Source of the DNA: Candidatus Omnitrophota bacterium
Lineage (GTDB): Bacteria > Omnitrophota > Gorgyraeia > Zapsychrales > Aceulaceae
DNA length: 64,000 nt
Assembly: GCA_029564765.1 (NCBI GenBank)
Contig: JAKQPK010000050.1
Coordinates: 210,977 to 274,976 of the forward strand
Reading direction: 5' to 3'
Shown: positions 62,580-64,000 of the stretch, piece by piece
Layout of the letters: each line of letters begins with the position of its first letter
Numbering within the stretch: the first letter of the stretch is position 1
Translations under genes and position numbers: made by a program
Notes under the pieces: generated by a model
Database searches by the model: none
Told to the model about the DNA's origin: nothing
What the model saw: only the letters and a program-made list of their open reading frames with translations

Positions 62580-64000
62580 ATGCAACCAAAAACAATTAGA
62601 GCAAAAATCAACGGTAAAAATATTCGCGTGCCTGCGGGGTTAAGCATCCTGGATGCTGCCAAGCAAGCACAGATCAAGATCCCGACTCTCTGCAAGCACC
62701 CAGACCTGCCTGCCACAGCGGCCTGTGGGCTATGTATCGTCAAGATCAAAGACTCTAAAAAACTTTTACGGTCTTGCTGTACAACCCTTGAAGAAGGCAT
62801 GGATATCATTACCCACGATCCTGAAATCGTGGAAGTGCGCAAAACCGTTCTTGAACTCATCCTCTCTAACCATCCTAATGACTGCTTGCAGTGCGGCCGA
62901 AGCTATTATTGTGAGCTTCAGAAACTGACAGCAGATTTCGCGATCCAAGAAGAGCTTTTCGAGAAGATCGTTAAAAACAAGACAAAAGATACATCGACTA
63001 AAAGTATTGTTCTGGAGCCTGCCAAGTGTATCCGTTGCGGCCGATGCGTTGAAGTCTGCCAGCAGATCCAGGATGTTTGGGCCTTAGGATTCTTGTCCCG
63101 TGGCATCAACATGCGCATCGCTCCAGCCGGAGATCTGGAAACTGCTAATATCAACCTCGCAGAATCACCTTGCGTACGCTGCGGACAATGCTCAGCGCAT
63201 TGCCCGACCGGTGCTATTTTTGAATACGATCAGACAGAAACGACATGGGCTAAACTCCGCGATGAGAACAATTATTGTGTCGCCCAGATCGCGCCCGCAG
63301 TACGTGTGGCTATCGGTGAAAGCTTCGGATACCCCATCGGGACCAATCTGACCAAAAAGCTTTACGCGGTCTTACGTCGTTTAGGATTTAAGGCGGTATT
63401 CGATACCAACTTTGGCGCTGACGTGACGATTGTGGAAGAAGCTACAGAATTTGTTCAGCGCTTCGCTCACAAAAAAGGGCCTTTACCCCTGATCACAAGC
63501 TGCTGCCCCTCCTGGGTGGATTTTATGGAAAAATATATCCACGGCGCCATTGATCTTTTTTCCTCGTGTAAATCCCCCCATGAGATGGTCGGAGCCTTAG
63601 CTAAAACATATTTTGCCGAGAAAAATAAGATCGATCCCAAGCGCATCTGCGTGGTATCCATTATGCCATGCACATCCAAGAAATTCGAGATCATCCGCTC
63701 ACAAGAGATGTTCTCTTCCGGACAGCAAGATGTCGATCTGTCGCTCACAACGCGAGAGTTGGCCCGCATGATCCGCCAAGCTGGTATTGATTTTAAGAAC
63801 CTTCCAGATGAAGAACCTGATCATATCTTAGGGGATTACGCGGGAGGTGGAACGATCTTTGGCACCACGGGAGGCGTTATGGAGGCTGCCTTGAGAACCG
63901 CTTACAATATGATCACGGGTGAGAACTTGAAGAATGTCGAGATCGATATCGTACGCGGGCTACAAAGGGTCAAGGAAGGAACCATTGATATCAAGGGAAC
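62580..64000 (+). CDS. hydA: Canonical group-A [FeFe]-hydrogenase catalytic subunit HydA; C-terminus beyond window
   Basis: Own translation of frame +3 from ATG 62580 (GAGG 6 nt upstream). 2Fe-2S and 4Fe-4S N-domain. L1 TSCCPSW and L2 MPCTSKKFE present. L3 lies beyond the window edge. Confidence 0.85.
   Translation, partial: MQPKTIRAKINGKNIRVPAGLSILDAAKQAQIKIPTLCKHPDLPATAACGLCIVKIKDSKKLLRSCCTTLEEGMDIITHDPEIVEVRKTVLELILSNHPNDCLQCGRSYYCELQKLTADFAIQEELFEKIVKNKTKDTSTKSIVLEPAKCIRCGRCVEVCQQIQDVWALGFLSRGINMRIAPAGDLETANINLAESPCVRCGQCSAHCPTGAIFEYDQTETTWAKLRDENNYCVAQIAPAVRVAIGESFGYPIGTNLTKKLYAVLRRLGFKAVFDTNFGADVTIVEEATEFVQRFAHKKGPLPLITSCCPSWVDFMEKYIHGAIDLFSSCKSPHEMVGALAKTYFAEKNKIDPKRICVVSIMPCTSKKFEIIRSQEMFSSGQQDVDLSLTTRELARMIRQAGIDFKNLPDEEPDHILGDYAGGGTIFGTTGGVMEAALRTAYNMITGENLKNVEIDIVRGLQRVKEGTIDIKG

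Noticed and set aside
1-64000. CRISPR arrays, tRNA/rRNA genes, transposases or integrases
   Set aside because: No regularly spaced direct repeats were found. None of the ten >100-bp intergenic gaps shows tRNA-like cloverleaf potential. No ORF has transposase or integrase signatures.

Overview
This 64 kb window looks like a chromosomal region of a strictly anaerobic, diderm (outer-membrane-bearing) bacterium. The organism is not identifiable from sequence alone. Nearly every gene is on the minus strand; only a five-gene hydrogenase operon at the right edge is on the plus strand. No rRNA, tRNA, CRISPR array, transposase or integrase was recognised.

Well-supported content, left to right:
- Housekeeping and envelope genes: YqeY, YggU, a YgjP-type hydrolase, two PilZ proteins, a Cas4/RecB-like PD-(D/E)XK nuclease, AsmA, and a Memo-AMMECR1 fusion.
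- A 2517-aa secreted giant protein (8576-16129).
- CcdA, then single-polypeptide pyruvate:ferredoxin oxidoreductase (17637-21194).
- An ECF sigma factor with an anti-sigma factor fused to a vWA domain.
- Class III anaerobic ribonucleotide reductase nrdD-nrdG, with tandem NrdR boxes upstream.
- A PerR-type oxygen-detoxification island (28.8-33.4 kb): ferritin, rubrerythrin, an FNR-like reductase, a Fur/PerR regulator, a flavodiiron protein and rubredoxin.
- A second secreted giant protein of 1885 aa (33540-39197).
- PspC, an AlkD-like protein, a DUF2892 protein, and an MMPL transporter / LolA-like / beta-barrel trio.
- A C_GCAxxG_C_C - ArsR pair with a perfect 20-bp palindrome upstream.
- Two [FeFe]-hydrogenase loci:
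  - minus strand: hydE-hydG-hydF maturases, a TM1266-like regulator, an AhpD-like protein, a HydA paralog with a non-canonical H-cluster motif, a NuoF-GltD fusion and a NuoE-like subunit, preceded by a Rex / DRTGG / CBS-HATPase / DRTGG / PHP regulatory module.
  - plus strand, divergent: a canonical HydC / HATPase / [2Fe-2S] / HydB / HydA operon with a Rex-box overlapping a near-consensus sigma70 promoter.

The most unusual content is the pair of giant paralogous genes. Both encode Sec-signal-peptide proteins that share a ~370-aa N-terminal module and a ~60-aa C-terminal module. Their cores are completely different nucleotide-cofactor-dependent enzymes: a PEP-synthase/PPDK-type phosphotransferase in one, two class I SAM methyltransferases in the other. 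That pattern fits a cassette-like family of exported effector or modification enzymes.
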